Positions 24,386 through 38,300 of a stretch of DNA of 64,000 bases are shown piece after piece. The notes under the pieces are model-generated. The model saw nothing but the letters and a program-made list of their open reading frames with translations. It did not search any database and had not been told where the DNA came from. The stretch comes from Monocercomonoides exilis PA203 (Eukaryota; Protista; Preaxostyla), in contig LSRY02000006.1 in the NCBI GenBank assembly GCA_001643675.2, positions 992,001-1,056,000 on the forward strand, given 5' to 3'. Position 1 is the first letter of the stretch; each line of letters opens with the position of its first letter. The position numbers and the translations under genes were made by a program.

Positions 24386-26377
24386 TTACTCTGTTTTCAC
24401 CTTCTTATGTTTAACATTCGCAGCTTTCTTCCTGTCATCGCTTCCATTGGCTTCTTCAATGGTATTATCTTCATTTTTCATTGACTTTGCCTTCATGGCT
24501 TCTTCTTCCTTTTTAACTCTTTTCAACTTCCTCCTCATTCGATTTTCCATTTGTTTTTTCTGCTTTTTTTCGATCTTTTTCTGAAGGCTTTTCTTCACTC
24601 GCTTTCTGTTTATCGACCAGTACGAATATTCACCTTCTCCTTCGTCGCTTTCATCGTCTTCCAACATTCTCTTGATCTCTTTCTCTTTCTCTGCTTTCTT
24701 CTGAGCCTTCAATTTCTTCCTCTCTTCTTTCTCCTTCTTCAGTCTCCTTTCCTCGTCTGTCAGCTTCTCTTCTCTCTTTCTTTTTTCAGCCACCTCATTC
24801 TCATCCACACGAGGCGGGTGCTCAATCCCAAAGGAATGCGCAAGCGACACAAGAGAAGACAAAGACAAGGCAGGGAACAAAGCGAATAGAGATGTTGGAG
24901 CAATCGAATGCACTGGACGATACAATGGCGTGTCGGCTGTGTAAAGCAAAGGCTCGTCTGACTCTTCTGATGAGGTCTGAGAAGGACTTGTTGAAGAAGA
25001 AGAGGAGGAGGAGGAAGAAGAAGAACTAATAGAATCTATTTCTTGTTTTAAAACATCGTCTTCCTCTTTTTTCTCTTTCCTCTTTCTTTTTTTCTCATCA
25101 ACCAGCTCTAATGAAGCAAGTAATTCTGCGTCTCCGCCATCGTCTTTCTTGACAATGTCTTTTTCTTTCTCTTCCTTCATTCTTTGCTCAGGTGGCACTT
25201 CTCTGCTGTTCCAATCCCGAATAAACGCACGATAAGCATGCTGACTAAGCACATACATTGGATACGAAGTGTTACACAGATTCAAAATTGCTCTTTGGTG
25301 TGGAAGAGCTTTAGGAAGCGTCGGATAGCGCACGGTAGAAGATACAACGTACTGGGAAGTACAAAGTCAGAGATAATAAACAAATGCACAGGAAATTCAA
25401 CGAAAATAAATAAGGACAATTATGAATTATTGGTAAATAAATAAATATCATAAATTGGTTCATTAATTAAATTACAAAAGCAAACAGCTTTTTTTTGCTC
25501 TTCTTTATCTTCTGCTAAGGCAGGCATGTATATATCTTCTTCTTCAGCGATTACAAACATCAATGCATTCAATGACAATTTCTTACCACCAAGTTTTGAA
25601 AGCGCTGTGAGATGAATTGGTAAATTCTATCAGTTAAGCGAATATGAGAGAAAATATTGTAATAACAAATACAAAATTCGAAGCTTTTTTAAAAATAATT
25701 TAGAAATAATAGTTACAAACATTTGGTATCGAAGGAGTATCGTAAAATACAACCCAATTCACAATGTCCTTTCTCAGATTCGATAATCTGTTGCTAAGAT
25801 CTGCAATTGCTGTTTCATCACAAATCAAAACATTTATTTGTGTTTTTGAAACTGATTTTGAAATCACTGAAGAAACTCCCTGTGCAGTATTGCTGAATGT
25901 GTATATGGCTTCATCTTTTTTTCTTTGAGATAAATGAGCGAAATATTGCGATATTGTTGGAGTGGAAGAAAGACTGAAATCGTCCGAATAAAATTTCAAT
26001 ATCTGTGCATAAAATGAAGCAGGAACGGAAGAACGAAAGATAAGAAGGCAAGATAAAGGTGTTTTTTCAGATGATCTCTTCATTTTGGCTTCTTGGGCAG
26101 CTAAAAATGTGACAAATGCTGAAAATCTATTTTCTAAACTCACAATAGTTACATTGAGATCAGGAAGCAACGATGATGTTACTTCTGCGTTTTCTCTTTT
26201 CTGAAATAAAAAAGCATTTATAATATATTTCGAAATACCAGCCAATAAAAATTCATAATTTAAAGAAGCAAGATCAATTCACAAAAGACAAATTTTTTTC
26301 GTGATTTAAAACATAATCTTAAAAAGATCGAAAAAGACAAGTTTACAAACAGGCTTTTTGAGATTGGATGCCTTCAT
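24386..26377 (-). CDS. HAS1/DDX18-like DEAD-box helicase C-terminal half only (RecA2 + C-terminal extension) with degenerate motifs, ~537 aa
   Basis: Exons 26377-26351, 26200-25721, 25626-25486 and 25351-24386 are all phase 0 (1614 nt). Segments match HAS1-type domain 2 in order: SLENRFSAFVTFL, CLLIFRSS..ASFYAQIL, HLSQRKKDEAIYTFSN, VLICDETAIADL, VNWVVFYDTP, NALMFV, SQHAYRAFIRDW, LVSLAHSFGIEHPPRV, then a basic tail. Confidence 0.7.
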
Positions 26378-26851
26378 TGTGAAATATTTTGGTATTTATG
26401 ATCAATTCTGGATAAATTGATAAAATGTGTTCTTATGTTTGCCATGTGGCATGACAAAGAAGGAAAAGGAGTCTCCAATGACATCTCAAAAGATGAGTAA
26501 TAACAATTTTGAAATGTCAAAAATTAAAAAAGTTCACATTAAATTTTTTTGTTGAAAAAAAAGAAGGTTTATGAAAAAAATTATTTCTCCATCAATGAAA
26601 TCAAATAACAAAAAAGATGTATATATTAAAATCCTTTAATTATTTCTATCTTTTCTATTCCCTAATAACGAAAAAAACAAAAAAATTCGAATTTTTAACA
26701 CCAAAAAAGCTCTTATAATAAAGCCTTTCGAAGGAAAAAAAGACTCAAAATAAATATTTCAAATGGGCATGATTAAAAGAAATGCCTATTGAATCGATGT
26801 TAACCAAAATTTTAACACACAAAACAAAATAATAAATGAAAAATAAACATC

Positions 26852-27802
26852 TCACAATTTTTTATTTCTTGAATCCAGTCCAATAGATTTTGTTGGATTC
26901 ATATAAAGTTGTGAAGTTATGTATTTATGTCGTATACGTGTGGTAACAGAAAGAGTTATCATTTCATCCTCATCATCATCATCTTTTGGCCTGATAAATC
27001 TAAAATATAAACATTTCACAAAAAAAGGAATTCCAATAAATATTGAAATGCAAATATTTTTCAAACAGATGTTGTACTGAGGCAATTGTTGGCATGGGTA
27101 ACAAAAAGGGTTCTGTGCCTTTTGGGATGAAAGCATTTAAATGCGATTGAGTCAATTCTGCTGGAAGAATCGTTGGACGATCGCGATGAGATAATGCATA
27201 ATAATCTTGAATGACATCAGTATCTTTTTTTCAAGCAAACAAATAATGAAAAAATAAAATTAATATTTATATTAAACTGGATGCATACAAGGAATATCGG
27301 GGCTACGAGAGCGAGGAGGTGGTAGACTAACACGAATGACATTAAATTTATTGCCTAAGTCATCTTGACCAATTGCTAATTTCGGATTTAACATCCATTT
27401 CCCTTCAACAATAAATCGAAATCCATGTGTTCCAGGACTAAGATTATACACAAGTCGCCACCGAATTGCTATTTTCTCTCCTGTTTCTGTTTTTTCAATA
27501 ACGCGAACTGGATGCATAGGGATGCGCTCTGACCATTGATTGAATGTTCCACTTATATAAACTGCTTCGTTTCCAGTAGGCTCGCTCCATCTGAAAAAGA
27601 AGCAAACAAATAAACAAAGAAAATGTATTGACTGCAAATTTCCATACTCAAAGAGTGTAGGAACTTCCTCGATTTCCGGAACTTGCATTACATAAATTCT
27701 GTCAGATATGCTTCCTTCTTTTGGTGTTTCAAGTTCACTTTTTTCTGCTATTTCCCCAAATATAACAATGTTTTGATTATCATCCTTTTCAGATGATGAC
27801 AT
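26852..27802 (-). CDS. AMPK/SNF1 beta subunit (CBM48 glycogen-binding + ASC domain)
   Basis: 4 exons give VPTLFE|WSEP..VYISGTFNQW..LSPGTHGFRFIVEGKW (CBM48), then PTILPAELTQSHLN..PFLLPMPTIASVQHL|FI..LSVTTRIRHKYITSQLY (ASC). Confidence 0.9.
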
Positions 27803-27915
27803 AACTTAATTAATGAAAGCTCGTTAATTTATTTCTGATAAAATATATAATACGGGCTAATGATCAACGTTGGGAATTTATAGCAAATATATTTCTCTGA
27901 AGTTGCACAAATAGC
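27803..27915. promoter_or_regulatory. Putative bidirectional promoter (113 bp between divergent ATGs)
   Basis: AMPK-beta ATG at 27802 (-) and lipase ATG at 27916 (+). Inferred from position only. Confidence 0.5.
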
Positions 27916-30900
27916 ATGAGTGAATCATCGGACACTGAAAAAAAACCTGTATATCCTGCAATAGTATTGATTCCGGGATGTGGAGGTTTCTGTATTTAGT
28001 GTTTGTTCAAATATTAACTTTTTAACAGGAAGCATCCTGAAGGTCCGAAATAAAAAAACATGGGAAACACACACAATATGGCCACGCATTACAATTGCAG
28101 ATCAAACAATGGAAAGATTCATGGTTGGAAAGGTTAATACGAAATCTCTTGTTTACGAATGTCTAGATCCGGTTTGCTTCAATTTGCCACTTTGGATCCA
28201 ATATTATCAACATGAAATTTTATAATCTTATCAATGCAAAAGGATTATATTGTGTATGTACCAGATGACAATTTTGGTCTTTATGCTTGCGATGAAGTAT
28301 TCCCAGGTTCAGTACTTCCTCATGAGTTTGCAACGCATTCACCATTTAACTTAAAGTTTTGATTCATGTTTTTAATGTTTTATAAAGCTATCGAACATAT
28401 TTCCACGACATCATCATGTTGCTGCAAAATAATGGTTATAAACCAGGAATTAATTTATTTGGATTCCCTTTTGATTGGAGGCAAGACTTATCACTTCATT
28501 CAACGCAGCAAAACTTGTTGAATAGAATTGAGCAAGCGTATCAAGCGTGCGGACAACAACAAGTTACAGTCTTGACTCATTCGTTGGGAGGGCAACTTTT
28601 TCGATTGTTTCTTCAGCTTCATCCAGAATTCTCATCACAAAGAATTAATCGCTGGATCGCACTTGCCTGTCCCTTTTTAGGGGCAGCTCGACATCTAAAG
28701 GAGTTTTTAAGCGGATATGCACTTGGGATGCCAGAGTTTATAATGAAAGAAAGATCGATGTGGAACGTTGCGACAACTGCTTTTGGAATGTACTGGTTTG
28801 TTCAGCCAGAAAACGTCCCGTTCTCACCAAAACTTGGAATTCGTGTAGAAATAGACGACGATTCGTCAGACACACGTGAAGAAGAGGATAAGAAAGACAA
28901 AGAAGTCAAAGGTGAGGGCTTTAAAGGAGCTGGAAAGAAATCACTGAATGAGGAGAGCCAAACAGAGGCATTTGATAAGGATAAATTCCTAGCTGAATGC
29001 AAAGAGGGAGAAGCCAACATTTCTGATTTAGCAGCTTCTGCTTCTGCTGCCACTCCATCTGCAGATGGAAATGATAACACGAACATTTCACAATCGCCTT
29101 CTTCAAATCAACTTCCAACTACTTCTTCGCCTATTTCTTTGTCTTCTGATTCAGCCGTTCACAATACAGATGCAAAAGAAGACCCAAAGCAATCATCAGA
29201 CAACAAAAAGAGCACAGAGCAAGATAACAAAGCAGCAGCATCATCGGCAGCGGTGGTGGCAGCGGAGGAAGCAACAGCATCAAAAAAGGGAAAGAGGAAG
29301 CGCCACAAAAAGACGAAGTTCACAGACTACCTCTGGTTTTCGTATCACGTCGACAAGAACGGCTTCTGCTGGGATCTCGATGCACAGGAAGACAACTCTG
29401 CAGGAATAGACCCAAATGAAGTGTTCCAGTTCATCCCTGAACCGCCACACCACTCGCCTCTCCTCGATGCAGACGAAGATGTGCTCAGAGAAAGAGACAA
29501 TTGCAGTGAAGATGCTGCTGCTGCAAATGCTGCGTTTTTGGATGCTTATGAGAACGAAGCGAATAAAATATCACTTTCTCCTTCCAACTACGATGCAAAC
29601 TCTTCGCCTTCTTCAGCATTTCCAGTTTCTGCTTCTGGTCTTCCATCTCTTCCTCCTTCGTCATCCTCCACCTCAACTTCTTTGCTCTCCACACTCATCA
29701 ACCCTTCAATCAGCAAGCCTACTGCCTCCTTCACCTCCAACGACCAATCATCCTCCTTCAACGAGACTGCTCACCACACCCCACACCATTCAGAGCTTCC
29801 TTCTTCGCAGCCTTCTTGTTCCCCTCGCCATCATGCTGGAATCATGTCTACTTTGTCTTCTGCCACGCCACAGTGCAATCAGTCGCCTTTCTCTTCTTCC
29901 TCCTCTCCTTCTGACCATTCTCAGCTGAGCACGGCCGTCTCTCTCTCAAACGTGTCGCCTCAGCTCGCACAGGCGCTTCAGCACCACAACAGCAATCATC
30001 AGAAGAATGCATCTCAATCACAATCAAATACACAATCCCAGTCTCAACCACAATCACAGCAAAACAAGCAGCAACAAGGTGATGTCATGCAGCTTGCCCA
30101 GCTGCCAGACTCAGCTAAAGTGCTGGCAGACAGCCGCTTGGCACTCGAATACGGGCCCATCTCAGCACTTCGTTTCCAGCCACGCTCTCCAATTGTGGCT
30201 GTAGAGAACTCAGTTGACTTGCATCAGTATCCTCAGCACATCCGATCATCTCCATTAGTTCTGTCTCCACAGCCGACTCTTCCACTGAATGAACTCTTCA
30301 GTGATCATGGCACAACACCTACACATACTTCTTCATCGTCATCTTCATCTCCTTCTTCTTCAACTTCTTCTTATTCACCTTCATCATCTTCTCCTTCAAC
30401 TCAGTCAACATCTTCCTCTTCTTCTTCCTCTTCACCTTCGACTTCATCTGACGCAGTTCTAACTCCAATGTCCCATCTTTCATATGTCTCCTCGCCTGCC
30501 TTTGCTGTTTCTCCTCTCCACACCACATTTCTTCCAGGCTTCCCACTTCCGGAGCCTTCTTCCTTCCACACTGTTCTCCACAGCTCTTCAAAGCAGCACA
30601 AATTGTCTGAAAAGAAGCGAGAAAAGAGAGCAAAGCCACTCTGGTCGAACGAGTCGCAGAACATCGATGGGTCAAACACGATTCCTTCTTCTTCTGCATC
30701 GTCGCTTGCTACGGCACAAGAACAACAACAGCAGTCGCAACAACAACAAGTGCAAGGAAATCAACAAGGGCAAGAACAGCAGCAGAATCAGCAGCAATAT
30801 CAGTCTCAACAACAACTACAGCAGCAACAACAACTGCCTTATCCTCAGTCAGAGAGCAACTCAGTTCCCCAGATCCTGACAGACTCCTCAAATGATGTCG

Positions 30901-32864
30901 TCTTTCCAGCAAGTGGCGTCAAACTCCATTCAGATCTCGTACGATCAGCTTCATCATCTGCATATTCAACGCCTTCTTCTATTCATTCGATTGGGTATAC
31001 ACCGGAACATTCAGTCTCACCGTGCTCAAATGCATCATTTGCATCGTATTTCAATGCGAAGTCGTCGCCGCTGCTTTTCATGCGGCCGTATCAACATGCA
31101 CAGAAGAAGACGATTGGCATGAATCATTCAGTAAATGGGGGAAATGGACAAAACAATGAAAGTACATTGCAAACAAGCACAGATGTTTCATTGAAGGAGA
31201 AAAGTGTGCAAACATCGTTTGGACAGTCGCTGCTGTCGCTGAATGCTCTTTCAGACAAGGATCTGATGGAATATGCAGAAGAGAAAGCAGAAGATGAGGG
31301 AGACGATGCAGAAGATGAGTCTGAGTCTGAGTCTGAGTCTGAGTCAGAGGATGAGGACGAAGAGGACGAAGAAGAGGAAAGCAGGGACTCCAACCGATGT
31401 CAGACGAGCCTGACACAATCTTCCAATGAATCGAGCAATTCTCTGCTTCGCTCCTTATCTCCGCGGTATGACTCACTCCATGTTTCCACCCCGACTGCCA
31501 TTTCGCCTTTCTCTCGCAGCAACTCCTCGTCTTCGCCTTCGTTCACGTCATCGCCAACCATCTTCAGGTCAACAGCAGAAGAGTCGTCGTCCACATTTTC
31601 GGCTGCTTCGACAGAAGTTTCATCACATTATGTAAATCCGCAGACGATGGCATCTCAATCAGCTGCTTCTTCATCTGCTTCTGCTTCTGTTTCACCAGGC
31701 TCTTTGTTTCCTGCTGTGAGTTATGCTCCGATTTCGACTTCAACTGTTACATCTACATCTACAAGCACTTCTAATTTGACTTCTGCTTCTTCTTCTGCTT
31801 CTTATTCAATTGCAAGTTCTGGTTCTGGTGCTGCTGCTGCTGCTGCTGCTGCTATATCTCCTTCGCATCAGCATCAACCGTCTGCAGCTGAAGAAGACAG
31901 AACAAAATCGTTTGTGATTCGAAGTGTGGAGAGAGTCGATAGCTTTGCAGGTGTTACGAATTCTGCGCATACTGTTTGCTTGGATCAGGAGAACAGAGAT
32001 AAAAACGAGAAGAAAGACAAGAAAAAAAAGGCAAAAGATTCAGAAAATGACAGCAAAAAAATGAAAAAATCTGAGAAAGAAAAAGAGAAAGAGAAAGAGC
32101 AGCTTGCCAAAGCAGCGAAGAATGCAATGTCTTTGTTCTTCTGTGCACCTTCGAATGTCGTCGACTCATCGCTTTGGCGTCCAACGCAGTATGAGCAGAA
32201 TCTGATGGAGCTCTTTCTGTTTCTGCACCGTCCAATCAACAGAGAGATCTGGACTCCACCAATCACGTTCCAGGCGATCCAGCAGCACATTCGGTATTTC
32301 TCGAGTCTTCCGCTGAATTTGGACTCGATGGGGATTAAGCTGTTCAACATATTCGCTTCGGGGAATGGGACGGCGTGGCATTGCCTGGTGGATGTGAGGA
32401 AGAAGGACATAAGGAAAGAGAAGAGGAGGCAGGAAAAGGAGAGGAGAAAAGCAGAAAAGATGAAAGTAAAAGAGGAGAAGAAAGCGAAAGCGGGGAGTGA
32501 GAAAGAAGGAGATAGCGAAGTTGCAGTGAATGCGAATGCAAATACAAATGCAGAAGACAACAAGCTATTCGACAAAGACGGGAGATTGGAAGGCGAAGAG
32601 TACAAGTCCTTCTCTTCATTCACTTCGCACCCAGCTTTTGCACAGCTGACGCCCCGAGTCATCAGAAATGCTAAACAGTATTGGACAGAGATCGATGGAG
32701 ACACGACAGTTCCTTGCTTCTCAGGTGCGAATGACAGGTTGGGTGCTGTTGCGCGCTTTGAGATCAAAGGCTCGAATCACACACGCATCTTGTGGGATAA
32801 GAGGACGATGAATCTTTTGTGTGCGATTTTGGACTTGCCGATGCCGTATCCGAATTACAGATAA
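27916..32864 (+). CDS. LCAT / group XV phospholipase A2-family alpha/beta hydrolase with a very large low-complexity insertion
   Basis: Three upstream exons give VLIPGCG|GSIL..WP..GLYAC, and the final exon has GFPFDWRQ, THSLGG (nucleophile elbow), ACPFLGA, DGDTTVP and SNHTRIL. Confidence 0.9.
31317..31345 (+). repeat. (GAGTCT)n coding hexamer repeat (ESESESES)
   Basis: Direct tandem repeat in the lipase insertion. Confidence 0.8.
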
Positions 32865-35318
32865 GATTATTATGATTGTTGCTTTTGCTTTTGTTGATAA
32901 AGAAAGAAGGATGAAAGAAAGCTTTTTGGCACATTTTTTTCAAAATTTCGGTTGGGAACAAATAATGTATTTTTTCAACATTATTTGTATTCAGCTATCA
33001 ATCGAGATGAAGTTGCGTTATTTATTAGGAAAATTCGGTGCAGTCTTTTTCACTATTTTATTTTAAGAATTTTCACTCTGTTTTATTAGAATATTTCATT
33101 TGTATGTAAACATTTTCAGCAAGTTGATTTCAGCTATTCATTTTATAATTTTTTTTGATATTGCCTTTTATGGTGTCAAGACGTTAAGTATTGCAATTGC
33201 TTTAATTTCTTTTATCACCTAAGTTACACCTCAGTTGGGATGTTCAATTTTTGAATATTTTTACAGATTATAAAATGATTTTGTATGTGATCACTCCATT
33301 TTTTATTTGTGTTTAGCTTTGGATTTTTAAATTGAAGTATGATTTTTGCAGTATTTTTTTTTTCCTTTTATTTTGAATTTGCTATGCTTACCAAAGCATT
33401 TCGGCATTTCTCATGGAGCGGTAAATAAAAAAAGGATTAAAAAAAGAAAGAAAGAGATAAATATTTTCTTTAAAGAAAGATTTTTATTTACAGTTTTTTT
33501 TTTTCCATCAGCTTTCTATAAAATACCTCAATTTTTCTTTCTGTTAAAGAATGAAAAATCACAAGATTGCATAGAACAAACGAAAAAAATTAAAAAAGCA
33601 ATTCGCATAATTGCTTTTTGAGTAATATTTGTAATCCACAAATAAAAATCCTAAAAAATAAAATGCAAAATTTTAGAAATACTTTAAAAATAACAATAAA
33701 ATTCTTCAATACTGTTTAAACATCGTTAAATAAGGAGATCATCAAAATAACACAAACCTCCATTATTAAGCTGAAATAACAATAAAAAAGAAAGAAAGTT
33801 ACAACACAGAATGAATCAAGAGAATTGCAAATGATCCAAAAATAATATCACATTCAAGCTTGCTTTCAGCGGATTGATAATGAATGGCACAAAAGATTCA
33901 ACACGCAACAAACATAAACATCAATTTCAATTTAAAAAAAAGAAAAAAGAAAACAAGCAAAAAGAATTGTCTATGCCATTGGCACACTTTAAAAAATAAA
34001 ATATAAAAAAAAATAAAAAAATAAAATACATTGAAAGACATATCAAATCAACCAAAAAAGAATTATAGGCATGTCACATATATTAAAGCACACACAAAAA
34101 AACATCAATAAACAACATAAACACATATTTATAAAAAGAAAAAAAGATAAATGATTTATTTTATTTATAAGAAATTATAAACGAAAGCAAACATAAAAAA
34201 AAAAAAATAATCGATTTACAATATTACAGAAAATACTTCACGCACTCAATTTTTGTTCAGTTGCTCACAAAATTGGACAAAAACTTCACAAGTAACACAC
34301 ACAAAGAGCAGCATTTATTTGTAACGGTAATGCCATTGGAGATCACAAGCACATCCTTAACACAACCAGACCCAACTGAATTAGATTGAAAAGCAAGCAA
34401 TAAAGAACAAAACGCTGAATGAAAACAAATCAATTGATGGATGAGAACAAATATTTGGTTCAATCAGTGAAATAAATAGAATTATCAAAAAAATAAAAAT
34501 TTGAACGTTGTTGAATAAAATGAGCGAAATTGCGAACAGCTTGTCAAAAAAACAGAACATGGGAAAATAACAGCATAACTGTTGGCAGTTAAAAAAAAGG
34601 TGGGAAAAATGGAGGAGGGACTGGAAAATTGCGTGTGCGTTTGCATTGCTTGAAAAAATGCTCCGAAAGAAGACTTTCTGTAACAAAAAAATAACTTGTG
34701 TGATCATTGCAAGTGAGTATGATGATGTTCTGAGCAAAAAGAAATTAAAAATGATGTCAATTTAACAGCATTTAAACAAAAAGGAAGAAGTTCAATTGTA
34801 ACAACAGGAAAATGAAGGATGTTTGGTCGTATGAAGCATAACATGAATGAGGTGCGATGAAAAGGACTGCAGAGCTAACACTGCTATCCAATCTAATTAT
34901 GATTGTAACTTTTTCATTTACAATTCTTTTTTTTTTCCATAAAAATTTTCAGTGAAAATTGTAAAATTGTGTTGCTAACAACAACAACAATGGGGGAAAA
35001 GGGCTGTGACGTTGTGAATTCTGTGCTGCTCAAACAAAAACCTGATCTTTATCAACATACTGTTATTCTTTTCTTTTTCACAAATGCATCAGGAACAAGA
35101 TAGTTTGTAATACACGTTTCAATAGATATTCCAAATGACATTAATTTTAATTGGGGAATTGGTAGAATGTTCATCATATACATACAGACAGGCATACATA
35201 CACAGACAGACAGATGGAAATAGACAGAAATAGATTGAAACGTGTGGTGTTGACAAATGCAAATGTCCACTTTGCGCCTTCTCAAATAAAACTGATTTAG
35301 AAATAAAAAAAAGATTAG

Positions 35319-38300
35319 CTATTCTTTCTTCTTTGTAAAACAACCAGGGTTTTCTGGGCTTGAAGGCAGTGAATGAGGCATATGTTTGGTTTTCGTGAGC
35401 GGCGCATCTGGAAAATACGAAGCATTTGAAGGCGGAGTGCAAGAAATAAACATTGGAGGAGAGGAAAAATAGGAAGAGTTTTGTGCTTCGGTGGAAAAAT
35501 AGACTTTTCTGTCGGAACAACCGGAGGAATTGTATTGTTTGTAAGGAAGAAAGGACAGAACAGGAGAAGATGCAGGCGAAGGAGAAGGAGAAGTGATGGA
35601 AGAAGGGTTGGGATAAGAAGATAGATTAGAAGAGGAGGAGAAAGAAGCAGAATTACAAGAAGCAGAAGAGGAAGAAGAGGAAGAGGATGAAATACATGAA
35701 GAAGAAGATGATGATGATGAAGACGAAGATGAATTCATCGACCTGTAGTCATTACTCGAATTCAAAGATGGAGACGAAAGTGCATTTGGCGAGCGATGCT
35801 GGTGTTGTATCTGATTCGGGTGTGAAGGCGCTTGCAACTGCGGATTTTTGAACAGCACACCAGAAGATGGAGGCAAAGCAAAGGAAGACGTAAACACAGG
35901 AGAACTGGAAAGAAAATAAGAAGAAGAAGTTGAAGAAGAAGATGATGTGGAAGGCTGCGATGTCAAAGAAGGTGATCCGCAATAAGGAAGTATAGTTGAG
36001 CCCAATGGTGAAGACATACCAAAATACGTTTGACTTGGTGAATTAGAAAACTCCATCTGTTTCAAAGAAGACTTTTGCGCAGCCAAACCCGCCAGCGAAA
36101 ACGACGAGGACTGTAAAAGCGGAGGTTTTGAGGATAGTTTCGCTACCAATGGCGAAGATGAACTAGAAGCAGCAGCTGCTGCTGCTGTGGAAGAAAGCGA
36201 AAGCGACGGGAGCGAATGCGAGCCGACGCTTGACAAGGCAGCGATTGTGGGTGTGATGCGTGTCTCGACAATCGGGTTGAATGGAAGCGCCTGGAAGTCG
36301 ATGTTAGCACGGGAGGTGGCAGTGGAGCGAGAGGTCGGCGGGGTTGGTGGGCGAGGCGCGAGTGAAGAGCACTCACAGAAATAAGGAGAGTGAGGCACCG
36401 CCTGCCATCGCGGGCTGCCGTCTGACTGGTTGTCTGATGCGTCGTCTGCTCTGTCGTCGAATCTGCTTTCTGATCTGTTTTCTGATCTGTTTTCTGTTCT
36501 GTCATCAGATTTGGACAGAGAAGAGACCGAATGCGACGGGTTGTGCAGCTGCGGCAGGAAGATGCGTGAGTGCGAAGACATGTTGGCTGAAGTGTCGCTC
36601 TGCATCGGATGCTTCGACGCCAATTTGGAATGGAACAAGTTCAGCTTCGGAATCGCAATTGGTGCAGGTTTTGTGTGTGAAGACAGATGGTCGAAGTGAG
36701 GAGGAGACGAAACAGCACTGAAAAAGGGGGAAGAAGCTGGTGAGAATGTGGGGGAAAGCGAAAAGGAAGGGGAAGGTGATGGCGTTGGTGAAGGAGAAGG
36801 CGAAGAGGAAGGGGAAGGAGAGGGAGGAGAAGGGGAAGGGGAATGGAAAGGAGAAGGAGAAGGTGTTGGGAACGGGGAAGAAGAAGGAAATGAAGAAGTC
36901 GATGGAAACGACGACGACGGTGGAAGCGTGGAAGGAGAAGGTGTTTCAGAGCCCGGGGTAAGCGAAGGCGACGGGAACTGGGGGATTGTAGAAGTGATGC
37001 TCACTGCATTGGAATTTGACAGGCAGAAAGCAGAGGGACGAGGCGGAGTCGAAAGAACAGGCGCATTTTGAACGGCCGTCTGTGAAAGCGAACGAAGAGG
37101 TGCTTTGTTTGACTTGGAGCCACTTAAAGAAGGAAGATAAGCATCAGGGTTGTTTGAGAAGGACATTGACTTTGTGTGTTCTTTGGGTGAAGTTGAGGTT
37201 ATATTATAAGGAGAAGATGTGGAAGAAGAAGAAGAAGAAGTTGTCTGTTCAGCAGCCGATGAGTCCTCAATCGCCTTTGAAAGCAGAGAAATCACAGAGC
37301 ATGTTGAAAGCTGGTTGATTGGAGCATTGCTGCCTCCATAGCCATAACCACAGCAAACACCTCCGAAGTTCGCAGGAGCAAGTGGAGACATTGGTGGAGA
37401 TGTGATGACAGAAGAAGAGGAAGATGAAGATGATGATGATGATGATGAAGAAAGCAAATCAGAGGAAGCTGCTGTGGCAGCTGTGGAAAGGGATGCAGTA
37501 GACAAGTTGTTCAGATGTTTTGCGCGGAATCCGTCGTATGGCTGGATGGTGTCTGCGCCGTGGGAGATGGATGAGGCAGGCAGCACGATAAATGAAGGGG
37601 ATTTGACTGTGTCTTCGCTCAGCGCATTCTCTCCACAGGCATTGCTGTTGCTAACACTGACACTGATGCTGTTGTTGATGCTATCCCCGCCTTCTTCTGA
37701 ACTCGACCCCAGAAACGAAAGCGAAGGGCTTCCGAACGACGTGTCTACAGCAGTCACATACGTCGACAGCGGCTTCAAAGTGTATTTGGACTTGTCTGCT
37801 TTGTTTTTCTCCTTCCTTCTTTGAAGCTCTTGTTCAAGCTCCCGCTTAATTCTTAATCTCCTTTCTGCTTTGCATTTGTCTCGAATGAGCAAGTCCACTC
37901 TTTCATCGCTGTTATAATTACTTCCATCTCCTTCACTTTTTGCCCAATCTTCGCGACATTTCGCCTCATTTGCCTTTTTCACAGAAGAAGTTGTGTTTCT
38001 TTCGTCTTCTGTTTCGCAGTGGTGATAATGATGGTGAAAGTGTCTGTGCTGTCCTTGTTGCCCTTGCTGCAGATGATTAGACAATCCATTCGATTCCTCT
38101 CTCTTGTTGTCTGGCAATGAAGACACAGGAGCCACACCTGCTGCATTCGATGCTGAGATAACCGTGGGGAAATGCGAAGACAAAGACGACGGCTGAATCA
38201 CCGTCGAACTTCTGACTCGTTTGGAGCTGTCATACGGCACAACCTCAGTCACAAGCGGAATCTGTGGTGAGTTAAGCAACTTAGCTGCTGTGTGCTTCGG

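Noticed and set aside
34715-34736. ATGATGA...CTGA resembling C/D snoRNA boxes
   Set aside because: Boxes only a few bases apart, with no terminal stem or guide recognised.
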